44,788 bases of DNA from assembly GCA_045595685.1 (NCBI GenBank), contig JAZOAX010000166.1:1-44788 (forward strand), given 5' to 3'. The translations under genes were made by a program, and so were the position numbers. Below are positions 32,533 through 44,699 of this stretch, piece by piece (the first letter of the stretch is position 1; every line of letters begins with the position of its first letter). Under the pieces are notes generated by a model. It was given only the letters and a program-made list of their open reading frames with translations. It was not told the DNA's origin and ran no database searches. The DNA comes from Acutalibacteraceae bacterium (GTDB taxonomy: Bacteria > Bacillota > Clostridia > Oscillospirales > Acutalibacteraceae).

Positions 32533-35034
32533 TTATCTGCGGTTTTTCAGTTGGGTGAACACGATGTGTCCGATGGCTCTGGCTCCTTTTGTTATATATT
32601 TGCCAAGGTTACCTGAAATTCCCGTCATAATGGGACTTTTCAGGTCTTTTTCGTTTATGCTGTCTGCTTTGCCTTTCTGAACGGATACATTTTCTTTAGT
32701 GAAAGCAAGAACATTTTCGTCGTCAGGTCCCGCTGCAACGGCACCGTCAGCAAAAGCGCAGATGTGCTTCTTTTCTTCGTCAGACAGACCTTCTGCACCA
32801 AGGGGGAAAAGGGCAGTAAGAGCAGTTTCCGAACTGCCGTTATATGAGGGCGCAATGGATTTTCCCTGAGGTGTAACAAGAGTGTAAACATCAAGAATCT
32901 GGTCCTTTGCTCTGCCGTGATGGTGCCTTTGTTTTCCGTAGTAGGTTCCGAAAGGATTCATACGGACAGTGCGGTCTTTTTCAAGCCTCATAGGGCAGTG
33001 TGCCATTGAAGAAAGCACCTGTCTTGCATTGGCAATAACAATGCCGCCTTTTTCGTCATAAAGACCTACAAATCCGCCCGTAAGCTGATGGTTGAAAGAC
33101 GCAAGGCTGTCGTTCTTTTCGTCACATTCAGAAAAACTGCCCGTTCTGAAAGAAGAAACATCGTCCATAAAATTCCTTTTGATAACCCGGATATCACCGT
33201 CAAGTTTCGGTGTAATCTGGAATGGTACTGTCTGGGTCCATTTCATATCACTGAATCTTCCCAATGCTGAGTTTTCTGTGGAAATTGAAGTGGTTTCCGC
33301 AGTATAGGGGTAGTTGACGGTTGTTTTTACGAAAATGCCGTGTGAAAGGGGAGTTTTGAAAAAGTCAAAAGTGAAAGTACCGCCGCTGATTTCTTCGGGC
33401 AGATGTATTTCACCTTTGATCCTCACGCCTTCGCCGTCACCTGCAAGGCAAAGAGGCACAACAGAAGTGCTTGTGAACTCATAGTCTTTTTTGCCGTAGG
33501 TGATGAAAGAACGGAGAAACTCATCGTCACCGATTTTTCTGCCGTCACAGATTGCATAAAGAATTCTGCCCGACGGGGTGAACATAAGGGAAAGGCGGTC
33601 TGTTTCAAGAAGGTTGCGGAAAGCGGGGACATCTTTGCCTTTTTCCTCAATGTCAATTTTAACTGTATAACTTTTCTGTACTTTGTCAAATTTCATCATC
33701 AGGAAAACAGAGTCGTTTTCATCGTCGGTGGGAACTGCCGTGTAGTTAATGAGTCCTCTTGCCGAAACTTTAAGGCGGGAAATATCGGAAAGTTTTTCTC
33801 TGAGCTGCAGCTGCACACACTGGAAATCTGAGTTTGTGATGTTGAACACAGTGAGTTTTTCTTTTTTCGGCATAGCGGCAGTTTCATCGGCTATAACCGC
33901 TTTGCTGAGGGCGAGGGCAGTTTTCTCTCTTTCAATGTTGAGAACGGGTGTGGCAAGTCCGAAATGGGTTGTTGAAAGAAGCAGAACTCTGTTTCTGAAA
34001 GAGGGGGAGTCCATATCTCTTTTTGACGTAACCTTAGCCATAGCCCTTGCTCTTTCAAGGCGTGTCCAGACCTGTCTGTTGAAAGGTTTTTCAGACCAGG
34101 AGGCATAACCTGTGAAGTTGCCGTCAGCCGTATCCTGAGTGAAGTCAACGGTGCCGAGAGGCTTATGGGTGTCAAGATATCCGCCGGGAGTGTCAAACAC
34201 AATATAGGGCAGATCTGCAATTTCTTCAACAAGGCCGTGTATGCCGTCTGTGTTGGCAATTTTTCCCGTTAAAGGACCCAGGTCAATTGTTTCCCAGAAC
34301 ATTGCATCGGCGTCCATATTGATGAAAAGGAAAAGGTCGTGGTTTATAAGTCCCTTTTCCTGCTTTTTTCTCAGGGATTTCACCCAGGCACGAAGTGTGC
34401 CCGAGTCGCAGACATCGGAGTTGCTGTAGGTGGGGATAATGGTCATACTTTCGTTTTTGTATGTGTATGTAAGAGGGTTATATGCATAGACATCGGAAAG
34501 TTTCGGTACAATTGTTCTGAATGCGTCAAAGGGTACGCAGCTGTAATAAAGGCAAAGAGCGCGTACACCGAGTTTGTTATATAAACTTACCTGAGAGGGT
34601 GTGAACATAACTTCCTGAGGGCGCACAATTTTTTCGCATTTGCCGAAAATGTCAACAAGTCCGCTTCCGCTTTCATTGGTGAGGGCAAGATTGATGCTTT
34701 CACAGAATTCATCTTCCGTCATTGCGGAAAGGGCACCGTTGTTGTAGCCCATAATAATGTTTTCATCGCCGTATTTTTCAACACGCTCTTTCATTTTTTC
34801 AATAATATCAGGGGCGTATTCGGGAAGAATTTTCTGCAGTGAGAAAAAGTTTTCTGTGTCCCAGGTGCCTTTTACGGGGATGCCTTTTTTGTTGAAGTCA
34901 GTGAGTATGTCAAGAATTTTTCTGATAATTCTTATATCCGAGCCGAAACCCAGATTGTCGTTACTGTCACCTCTGTAGGAATGGTAGCAGTTTACGTGAA
35001 AACCGTATGCCACGTGAATTTTGTTTTCTTTCAT
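32533..35034 (-). CDS. Large cytoplasmic carbohydrate-active enzyme, GH57-like (family assignment tentative; 833 aa)
   Basis: The N-terminus AYGFHVNCYHSYRGD...WDTENFF...GYNNGA...RPQEVMFTP resembles the (beta/alpha)7 barrel of GH57/GH38-type enzymes. No signal peptide. Confidence 0.4.
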   Translation of the reverse strand: MKENKIHVAYGFHVNCYHSYRGDSNDNLGFGSDIRIIRKILDILTDFNKKGIPVKGTWDTENFFSLQKILPEYAPDIIEKMKERVEKYGDENIIMGYNNGALSAMTEDEFCESINLALTNESGSGLVDIFGKCEKIVRPQEVMFTPSQVSLYNKLGVRALCLYYSCVPFDAFRTIVPKLSDVYAYNPLTYTYKNESMTIIPTYSNSDVCDSGTLRAWVKSLRKKQEKGLINHDLFLFINMDADAMFWETIDLGPLTGKIANTDGIHGLVEEIADLPYIVFDTPGGYLDTHKPLGTVDFTQDTADGNFTGYASWSEKPFNRQVWTRLERARAMAKVTSKRDMDSPSFRNRVLLLSTTHFGLATPVLNIEREKTALALSKAVIADETAAMPKKEKLTVFNITNSDFQCVQLQLREKLSDISRLKVSARGLINYTAVPTDDENDSVFLMMKFDKVQKSYTVKIDIEEKGKDVPAFRNLLETDRLSLMFTPSGRILYAICDGRKIGDDEFLRSFITYGKKDYEFTSTSVVPLCLAGDGEGVRIKGEIHLPEEISGGTFTFDFFKTPLSHGIFVKTTVNYPYTAETTSISTENSALGRFSDMKWTQTVPFQITPKLDGDIRVIKRNFMDDVSSFRTGSFSECDEKNDSLASFNHQLTGGFVGLYDEKGGIVIANARQVLSSMAHCPMRLEKDRTVRMNPFGTYYGKQRHHHGRAKDQILDVYTLVTPQGKSIAPSYNGSSETALTALFPLGAEGLSDEEKKHICAFADGAVAAGPDDENVLAFTKENVSVQKGKADSINEKDLKSPIMTGISGNLGKYITKGARAIGHIVFTQLKNRR

Positions 35035-35186
35035 TGCCTTTTCACCCTTTCGGAAATATATGAAACCATTGTACCATTAAAAATCCCTTGTGTAAATATA
35101 ATTATTTTTTGCTTTTATGGTGACAAAGTGCATTTTTTATGTTATACTACTAAATTGTATAAATATTTCAAAAAGGAGTTTATCCT

Positions 35187-36074
35187 ATGAGTAACATGTA
35201 CGAAACATTCAGAAGTATACTCACTTCGCTTGAAACAGAACTTTCAAAATACGGTTTTGAAGCACAAAAGGCAGAAGACGGCAGTTATGTTTCAGAAACC
35301 GACGGCACCATCACTGCATTTTATCAGGGTGATAAAGGCACCGTAAAATTTGAATATGCAAACGGCGTACTCGGTCTTTTTGCAGGTGACGAGGCTGAAA
35401 CTGCAACAAAGAGACTTTCCGCTTCACTTCTTTCCGAAGAAGCAGATGCAAAAGATGTGAAATATGTTATTGCTGAAATGACAGAAACTCTTCAGGCAAA
35501 ATTCGGTGTGAAGAACCCCACAGTTTATAAAAAGGCTCAGCAGAAAGCACCGCAGACCGTTTCCAAAAATGCTGTAAGAAACGGCTCATTCTACGATGCA
35601 AACACCCTTGCAAGTAAACTTTGCCTTGTTTTCCCCGACCTTCGCCCCATGTATAAAGAAAACCTTGCAAAATACGGCGAATTTTTCGGTGAAGAGTTCT
35701 TTGCAGAATACGGAACAAAGGTTGTTATTGATGCAATCAAGGAAAACAATCCTCAGACAATGAAAAAACTTTTCCAGACTCTTAACGAAATTTACGACGA
35801 CGGCACAACGGCAGTTCAGGGCCTTATTGCAGTTACAATTCTGGGTGAACTCAATAACGACCAGATTCTTCTTGCACGCTGTGTTGACTATATGAGTGAA
35901 ATGATGACACCTCCCGTAATTGAGGTTAACAGATATCTTGCTTCTTCAGCAGGCAAAAAGGCAAAGAAAAAACTTCTCGATCCTCCCGCATATAAACCCA
36001 AGAAAGAAAAGAAACCCGGCATTTTTGCTCAGGCAATGGCTCAGAGCGGCGGCGGTGCAATGCCCCCGATGTAA
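35187..36074 (+). CDS. Hypothetical protein (295 aa) with a Lys-rich C-terminal tail
   Basis: Long ORF with AAAGGAG RBS and a GTGACA-17-TATACT promoter upstream. No family recognised. Confidence 0.65.
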   Translation: MSNMYETFRSILTSLETELSKYGFEAQKAEDGSYVSETDGTITAFYQGDKGTVKFEYANGVLGLFAGDEAETATKRLSASLLSEEADAKDVKYVIAEMTETLQAKFGVKNPTVYKKAQQKAPQTVSKNAVRNGSFYDANTLASKLCLVFPDLRPMYKENLAKYGEFFGEEFFAEYGTKVVIDAIKENNPQTMKKLFQTLNEIYDDGTTAVQGLIAVTILGELNNDQILLARCVDYMSEMMTPPVIEVNRYLASSAGKKAKKKLLDPPAYKPKKEKKPGIFAQAMAQSGGGAMPPM

Positions 36075-36114
36075 TAAACTGAGAAAAGGTTTACTTTTAT
36101 AAGGATGTGATTTT

Positions 36115-37026
36115 ATGCTTAATAAAATTTTAGCGGCATTCTGGCAGAACACAAAAAAGCAGGACGATAAGAGAATTGCCACTCTTTCTGTTCCCGAAGG
36201 CGTTTTTGAATCAAACGACCACGAATATCTTGCTGACGGACACATCTACCACAAACTTGATGTGTACTATCCCGAAGGTACAATCGGAAAACTCCCCGTT
36301 ATTGTTGATATTCACGGCGGCGGATTTATGTACGGCGACAAGGAACTCAACAAGATTTACTGCTTATCTCTTGCCCAAAAAGGTTATGTTGTTTTTAATA
36401 TGAGTTACCGTTTATATCCCGAAGTTACAATGAAAGAGCAACTGTGGGATATTATGGAGTGCCTTAAATGGATAAAAGCGCATCTCGAAGAATATCCTTG
36501 CGATACAGATAATCTCTTTGTCACAGGTGACTCTGCAGGCGGTATGCTTTCGTTTATGACTGCCATGCTCACACAAAGCAGTGAACTCAGAGATATTTAC
36601 GAAGTGTCTGATGCGGGTATCCGCTTCAATGCAGTCGGTCTTACCTGCCCCGTACTTTTTATGGATGACGGCACATATACAAGTTATTACACAAAAATTA
36701 TGCTTGGCAAGAATTATAAAAATGAACTCTGGGGAAAATATGTGAATATGGATAAGGTTATGCCTCTTGGCAAACTTCCTCCCACATTCCTTCTCACTGC
36801 ATCGGGTGATACTCTCACAAGGGCACAGACAAGAAAGGGTGCTGCACTTCTTAAAGAAAAGGGACATCCTTATCGCCTTATGGACTTCGAAAAATACGAA
36901 GGAACAAATCTTCCTCACGTTTTCCCTGTGCTTCATCCCGAATCGGAAGTTTCCCAAAGGGCAATAGACGGTATGCTCGAATTTTTCGCAAAATATGAAA
37001 AGAAAGCAGTTGCCGTAACTGAATAA
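36115..37026 (+). CDS. Alpha/beta hydrolase, hormone-sensitive-lipase-type esterase
   Basis: HGGGF oxyanion motif (DIHGGGFMYG) and GDSAGG nucleophile elbow. Confidence 0.8.
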   Translation: MLNKILAAFWQNTKKQDDKRIATLSVPEGVFESNDHEYLADGHIYHKLDVYYPEGTIGKLPVIVDIHGGGFMYGDKELNKIYCLSLAQKGYVVFNMSYRLYPEVTMKEQLWDIMECLKWIKAHLEEYPCDTDNLFVTGDSAGGMLSFMTAMLTQSSELRDIYEVSDAGIRFNAVGLTCPVLFMDDGTYTSYYTKIMLGKNYKNELWGKYVNMDKVMPLGKLPPTFLLTASGDTLTRAQTRKGAALLKEKGHPYRLMDFEKYEGTNLPHVFPVLHPESEVSQRAIDGMLEFFAKYEKKAVAVTE

Positions 37027-37035
37027 TCCGAACCC

Positions 37036-37068
37036 GCAGGGGCGCCGTCGGGCGTCTCTGCTTTTTTT
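37036..37068 (+). terminator. Terminator after the esterase gene
   Basis: GC-rich hairpin GCAGGGGCGCC-GTCG-GGCGTCTCTGC followed by TTTTTTT. Confidence 0.7.
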
Positions 37069-37092
37069 ATTATTGACTGAAAGGGGTACAAA

Positions 37093-37668
37093 ATGAAAAC
37101 TCTTTTTGATATGTTTCTGGTTTTTGCCAGAATCGGCGGATTCACATTCGGCGGCGGATACGCAATGCTTCCCATGCTTCAGAGGGAAGTTGTTGAAAAC
37201 AAAAAATGGGCTACGCAGGAAGAACTTATGGACTATTACGCCATCGGTCAGTGCACTCCGGGCATTATTGCCGTTAATGTGGCAACCTTTGTGGGCTATA
37301 AAGAAAAAGGCTTCTGGGGTGCGGTTTTTTCAACTTTAGGTGTTATCACTCCCTCCGTGATTATTGTTGGTACCATTGCAATGTTCATCAGCAATTTTCA
37401 GGAGTATGAAGTTGTGCAATACGCCTTTGCAGGCATCAGAGCAGCCGTTGTTGCACTCATAGCGGCATCGGTTATCAAACTTTTCAAAAAAAGCGTTATT
37501 GATGCCGTTACGGGCATAATTTTTGCACTCGTAACCCTGCTTTCATTTTTCACCGATATTTCGCCCATTGTTTTTGTTGTTGTCAGCGGAGTTTTAGGTC
37601 TCACTGCAAAACTTGTGAAGGCTAAACTTCTGCGTAATAAGGCTCAGGGCTCAAAGGAGGCAGAATAA
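37093..37668 (+). CDS. Chromate transporter (CHR) family half-protein 1
   Basis: FLVFARIGGFTFGGGYAMLPML...W is the typical CHR N-terminal signature. Confidence 0.8.
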   Translation: MKTLFDMFLVFARIGGFTFGGGYAMLPMLQREVVENKKWATQEELMDYYAIGQCTPGIIAVNVATFVGYKEKGFWGAVFSTLGVITPSVIIVGTIAMFISNFQEYEVVQYAFAGIRAAVVALIAASVIKLFKKSVIDAVTGIIFALVTLLSFFTDISPIVFVVVSGVLGLTAKLVKAKLLRNKAQGSKEAE

Positions 37669-38270
37669 TGGCAGTTGTATCAACTATTTTTGAACTGTTT
37701 TTCCGTTTCTTTTTTGTGGGTCTGTTTTCTGTTGGCGGCGGACTTGCAACACTGCCCTTTCTTTCGGATATGGGCGCCGCAACGGGCTGGTTTGACCAGA
37801 TGGATATATCCAATATGGTTGCAATTTCCGAATCAACTCCCGGCCCTTTGGGAATAAATATGGCAACATATATCGGCTATCAGGTGCTTGAACCTTACGG
37901 TATGGGATACGGTGTGCTTGGCTGCATTTTTGCATCTGCGGGACTTACGGCACCTGCCCTTATCACAATTCTGCTGATTATGAAAGTTCTTCAGAAGTTC
38001 CGCAATTCAAAAACGGTGGAATATGTGTTTTACGGTCTTCGTGCCGCATCGGTGGGACTTATTACTGCGGCTTGTCTCGGTGTTGCAAAAATTGCCTTTT
38101 ACAGTGTTGATGCTATGGGCGAAACGGGCAACATCTTTATGGCAATTGATTATAAAAGTATAATTTTGTCGGCAGCGATATTTTTCGCAGTAACAAAATT
38201 CAAAAAGATACATCCCATTGTTTTTATCCTTGTTTCTGCAGTTGTGGGTATCGTTTTCAAAATGGGATAA
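37668..38270 (+). CDS. Chromate transporter (CHR) family half-protein 2
   Basis: FFFVGLFSVGGGLATLPFL... is the second CHR repeat. TAATG overlap with half 1, with an AAGGAGG RBS. Confidence 0.8.
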   Translation: MAVVSTIFELFFRFFFVGLFSVGGGLATLPFLSDMGAATGWFDQMDISNMVAISESTPGPLGINMATYIGYQVLEPYGMGYGVLGCIFASAGLTAPALITILLIMKVLQKFRNSKTVEYVFYGLRAASVGLITAACLGVAKIAFYSVDAMGETGNIFMAIDYKSIILSAAIFFAVTKFKKIHPIVFILVSAVVGIVFKMG

Positions 38271-38281
38271 TGAATTATCAG

Positions 38282-38316
38282 GAGTCTGTTTTATTAAAAG
38301 CAGACTCTTATTTAGT
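38282..38316 (+). terminator. Terminator-like hairpin after the CHR pair
   Basis: GAGTCTG...CAGACTC stem extended by T/A pairs. The T-tract is weak. Confidence 0.45.
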
Positions 38317-38423
38317 GTTTGATGCATTTTTTCTTTCTAACGGTTGTTTTTTTCTTTTCTGTTTGATATAATATAAAGAAAGAGAAAAACTCTGAAAACG
38401 GCAGAAAGGACGGCACAGGGAAA

Positions 38424-39227
38424 ATGGAAATCGGTGCATCTTCAGCGTGCTTTTATCCCCTTGAAACAGAAAAAGCATTTTTGCACATTGCTGAACTTGG
38501 TTTCAAATACAGCGAAATATTTTTTAATTGCCGCAGTGAACTCAAACCGTCTTTTGTCCGCCAGCTCAAAGAGATAAAAGATGCATATTCAATGAATGTT
38601 GTGTCTGTTCATCCTTACCGTTCATTTTCAGAGGGATATGACTTTTTTTCAAGTTATGAAAGAAGATACCGTGACGGTATTGACGGATATAAAAGATATT
38701 TCGAGGCGGCATCAACACTCGGCGCAGAATACATTGTAATGCACGGTGCCAGAGGAAAAATTGATATCTCCCTTGAAGAATATGCCGAGCGTTTTGCAAA
38801 ACTCAATGAGGTTGCCCACAGTTTCGGCTGTACCGTTGCCCACGAAAATGTTGTTCGTTTCATGGGGGAATCACCGGAGTTTATGCTGTTTATGAAAAAA
38901 TACCTAGGTGACGACTTTAAAATGGTGCTTGATGTCAAGCAGGCAAGAAGAGCCGACGTTGACCCTTATGAATTCATCAACATTATGGGACGCAACATTG
39001 CCCACGTTCACCTGAGTGACTATGATAAAGACGGTCACGACTGTATTCCTCCCGACGAAAGCGGTGAATTCAGTTTCAGAAAACTCTTCAGGGAACTTCA
39101 CAAAGTGGGATATAACGGAAAATATATGATTGAACTTTATTCCGATAATTTCCGCGATAAAAATGAGATAATCAGATCGGCAAGATACCTGGAAAATATT
39201 TTAAATGAAGTAAGACAAGGAAAATAA
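38424..39227 (+). CDS. Sugar phosphate isomerase/epimerase (xylose isomerase-like TIM barrel)
   Basis: Size and motifs (VMHG...HENV...HVHLSD...ELY) fit the AP_endonuc_2 fold family. Confidence 0.6.
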   Translation: MEIGASSACFYPLETEKAFLHIAELGFKYSEIFFNCRSELKPSFVRQLKEIKDAYSMNVVSVHPYRSFSEGYDFFSSYERRYRDGIDGYKRYFEAASTLGAEYIVMHGARGKIDISLEEYAERFAKLNEVAHSFGCTVAHENVVRFMGESPEFMLFMKKYLGDDFKMVLDVKQARRADVDPYEFINIMGRNIAHVHLSDYDKDGHDCIPPDESGEFSFRKLFRELHKVGYNGKYMIELYSDNFRDKNEIIRSARYLENILNEVRQGK

Positions 39228-39250
39228 AACCGAAAAGGGGTATAATAAAA

Positions 39251-39706
39251 ATGAAATGTCCGTTTTGCAGTTTTGAAGAAAGTAAAGTTATTGACTCAAG
39301 ACCCACCGACGAGGGTGAAAAAATCCGCCGCCGCCGTGAATGTATTTCCTGCGGCAAACGCTTCACAACTTATGAGATTATTGAAAGCGTTCCCATTATT
39401 GTTGTGAAAAAGGATAAATCCCGTCAGGCTTTTGACCGTGTGAAACTTTTCAACGGTATGCTTCGCGCCTGCGAAAAAAGACCTGTTTCAATTGAGCAGA
39501 TTGATAAGGTTGTAAGCGAAATTGAAGCAGATCTTCAGAACTCTCTTGACAGAGAAGTAACATCAGTCCGCATTGGTGAACTTGTTATGGATAAACTCAA
39601 GGAACTTGACGAAGTTGCCTATGTTCGTTTTGCTTCTGTTTACCGTCAGTTCAAGGATATCAATACTTTTATGGATGAACTTGCAAAACTTCTTGGCGAA
39701 AAATAA
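39251..39706 (+). CDS. nrdR: Transcriptional repressor NrdR
   Basis: MKCPFCS...VIDSR...[17 protein letters not shown] zinc ribbon plus an ATP-cone. Confidence 0.9.
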   Translation: MKCPFCSFEESKVIDSRPTDEGEKIRRRRECISCGKRFTTYEIIESVPIIVVKKDKSRQAFDRVKLFNGMLRACEKRPVSIEQIDKVVSEIEADLQNSLDREVTSVRIGELVMDKLKELDEVAYVRFASVYRQFKDINTFMDELAKLLGEK

Positions 39707-39725
39707 TCATAAAAGGTGACATACA

Positions 39726-40652
39726 ATGATATATAAAGGTTTTTCCTCCCTTGTGGGAGGAACTCCTCTTTATGAGGCAGTTTCTTTTGCTGAAAGCCGT
39801 AAACTCGGAATCAGACTTCTTACAAAAATTGAATTTTTTAATCCCGCAGGCTCTGTTAAAGACAGAGTTGCAGTTAATATGCTGCAAAAAGCACTGGAGC
39901 AGGGGATTATCACAAAAGGTGCAGTTATTATCGAGCCTACAAGCGGTAACACGGGTATCGGTCTTGCGGCAGCGGCAGTTTCAATGGGCTTTAAGGCAAT
40001 TCTTGTTATGCCCGACACAATGAGCGTTGAAAGGCAGCAACTTTTAAGGGCATACGGTGCTGAAATTGTTCTTACGGAAGGTGCAAAGGGTATGCTCGGC
40101 TCTATTGAAAAGGCCAATCAATTGAAAAACAGTATCCCCAACAGTTTTATTCCCTCACAGTTTGAAAATCCCCACAACCCCGAAAGCCATATGCTTTCAA
40201 CGGGCAAGGAAATCTGGGAGGACACAGAAGGTAAGGTGGATATTCTTGTTGCCTGCATCGGTACGGGCGGCACTGTTTCGGGAACGGGCAGATATCTTAA
40301 AGAAAAGAACCCTGCAGTTGAGGTTATCGGCGTTGAGCCTGAGGAATCTCCTCTCATAACAAAGGGTGTTGCAGGCAGTCACGGAATTCAGGGCATCGGG
40401 GCGAACTTTATTCCCGAAAATTATGACAGTTCGGTGGTTGACAGAGTTGTTACGGTGAAAACCGCAACGGCAAAAGAAATGTGCCGCATTTTTGCAAAAA
40501 CAGAAGGTCTTCTCGTCGGTATTTCATCAGGTGCCGCACTGGCAGCGGCAGAGCAGATTGCCAAAGAAAACGTGGGCAAAACCGTTGTTGCAATTCTGCC
40601 CGACTCAGGTGAAAGATATATGAGTACGGGACTTTTCGATTCTCAGGATTAA
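39726..40652 (+). CDS. cysK: Cysteine synthase A (O-acetylserine sulfhydrylase)
   Basis: NPAGSVKDR (PLP lysine), SGNTGIGLA and GTGGT motifs. Confidence 0.9.
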   Translation: MIYKGFSSLVGGTPLYEAVSFAESRKLGIRLLTKIEFFNPAGSVKDRVAVNMLQKALEQGIITKGAVIIEPTSGNTGIGLAAAAVSMGFKAILVMPDTMSVERQQLLRAYGAEIVLTEGAKGMLGSIEKANQLKNSIPNSFIPSQFENPHNPESHMLSTGKEIWEDTEGKVDILVACIGTGGTVSGTGRYLKEKNPAVEVIGVEPEESPLITKGVAGSHGIQGIGANFIPENYDSSVVDRVVTVKTATAKEMCRIFAKTEGLLVGISSGAALAAAEQIAKENVGKTVVAILPDSGERYMSTGLFDSQD

Positions 40653-40681
40653 GCCCGTTTTTCAGAAAAATAAAAAGCAAA

Positions 40682-40711
40682 AAGACCGTCGCTTGTGCGA
40701 TGGTCTTTTCT
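40682..40711 (+). terminator. Terminator after cysK
   Basis: AGACCGTCGC-TTGT-GCGATGGTCT followed by TTTTC. Confidence 0.75.
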
Positions 40712-40988
40712 CGTCTTCATATTTATTTTCTCTTTTTTAAAAGCAAAACGAATTGCTGAAAGTTCTTTTTGACTGCTTTGATATTCTATCACTTAAAGGC
40801 GGATTAATCAATATCAAAACTCAACAAAGTAATACGTAGTTTTTTGTTGTTATTACCATAGGAAAAGACGAATTGTATAAAAAGAAAAGCGGCAACTGTT
40901 CATTTTGCACAAAAGAGCAAATCAAATTGCTTTGCAAGAAAAAAGTGCTACAGCAACTTCAGGCAGTGAATGGTTTGGCGGAATAACC

Positions 40989-41018
40989 TTGACAAACACC
41001 TGTGATATTTAGTACAAT
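40989..41018 (+). promoter_or_regulatory. Sigma-A promoter of the beta-galactosidase gene
   Basis: TTGACA (40989-40994), 18 nt, TACAAT (41013-41018). Confidence 0.55.
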
Positions 41019-41030
41019 AATAAAGTATAG

Positions 41031-44210
<3,180 letters not shown>

Positions 44211-44254
44211 TTTTATTAAAATGTTTATAATTTATTAAACACTGTGAATTGTTG

Positions 44255-44283
44255 TTGACAAAACATATTATTTGGTTTAAAAT
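44255..44283 (+). promoter_or_regulatory. Sigma-A promoter of the 43-codon small ORF
   Basis: TTGACA (44255-44260), 17 nt, TAAAAT (44278-44283). Confidence 0.6.
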
Positions 44284-44315
44284 TGTTTAAAAATATAAAG
44301 AAAGGACTAGAGACA

Positions 44316-44447
44316 ATGGAGCTTTTTACAAACCTCTACAATGCAATCATTGCATTCATCGAAAACCTTCTCAGCTTCTTCGGCCTCAACACTGAAAAAG
44401 TACCCGATCAGATTACTACTCAGCCCGAAGAAACAACAGGTGAATAA
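44316..44447 (+). CDS. Stand-alone small ORF (43 aa): leaderless hydrophobic/amphipathic helix plus an acidic Thr/Pro-rich tail
   Basis: MELFTNLYNAIIAFIENLLSFFGLNTEKVPDQITTQPEETTGE. Not in the ORF track because it is under 60 aa. It has its own promoter, a GAAAGGA RBS-like motif and a strong terminator. Confidence 0.5.
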   Translation: MELFTNLYNAIIAFIENLLSFFGLNTEKVPDQITTQPEETTGE

Positions 44448-44456
44448 TTAAAACCG

Positions 44457-44497
44457 AAAATCCCCTTAATACGCGAGTATTAAGGGGATTTTTTTGT
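44457..44497 (+). terminator. Terminator with the same TAATACGCGAGTATTA core as 31923-31956
   Basis: AAAATCCCCTTAATAC-GCGA-GTATTAAGGGGATTTT followed by TTTGTTTG. Confidence 0.85.
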
Positions 44498-44526
44498 TTG
44501 CGTATAGTTTTTACTGCTTTTTTATA

Positions 44527-44615
44527 GGTGTATTTTAACCCCGTTTTCAACAGCGGGATATTTTTTATCTTTAACTTCAATTTCTTCCGTCAACTTCTCT
44601 CGCTCGAGCCGCGGG
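44527..44615. repeat. 89-nt direct repeat, copy 1 (library insert adjoining the adapter)
   Basis: Identical by eye to 44700-44788. Confidence 0.95.
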
Positions 44616-44699
44616 AAGTCGGATCGTAGCCATGTCGTTCTGTGAGCCAAGGAGTTGGCACAATAATTTGTCTTCCTAAGACCGCTTGGCCTCCGACTT
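44616..44699. other. MGI/BGI DNBSEQ library adapter (sequencing artefact, not genomic)
   Basis: AAGTCGGATCGTAGCCATGTCGTTCTGTGAGCCAAGGAGTTG (44616-44657), then the 10-nt index-like GCACAATAAT, then TTGTCTTCCTAAGACCGCTTGGCCTCCGACTT (44668-44699). The last is the reverse complement of AAGTCGGAGGCCAAGCGGTCTTAGGAAGACAA. Confidence 0.9.

Noticed and set aside
37093-38270. Two adjacent half-size chromate-transporter ORFs as a frameshifted pseudogene.
   Set aside because: Each half begins with its own CHR signature. The second has an AAGGAGG RBS and a TAATG overlap. Paired short CHR genes are a normal arrangement.
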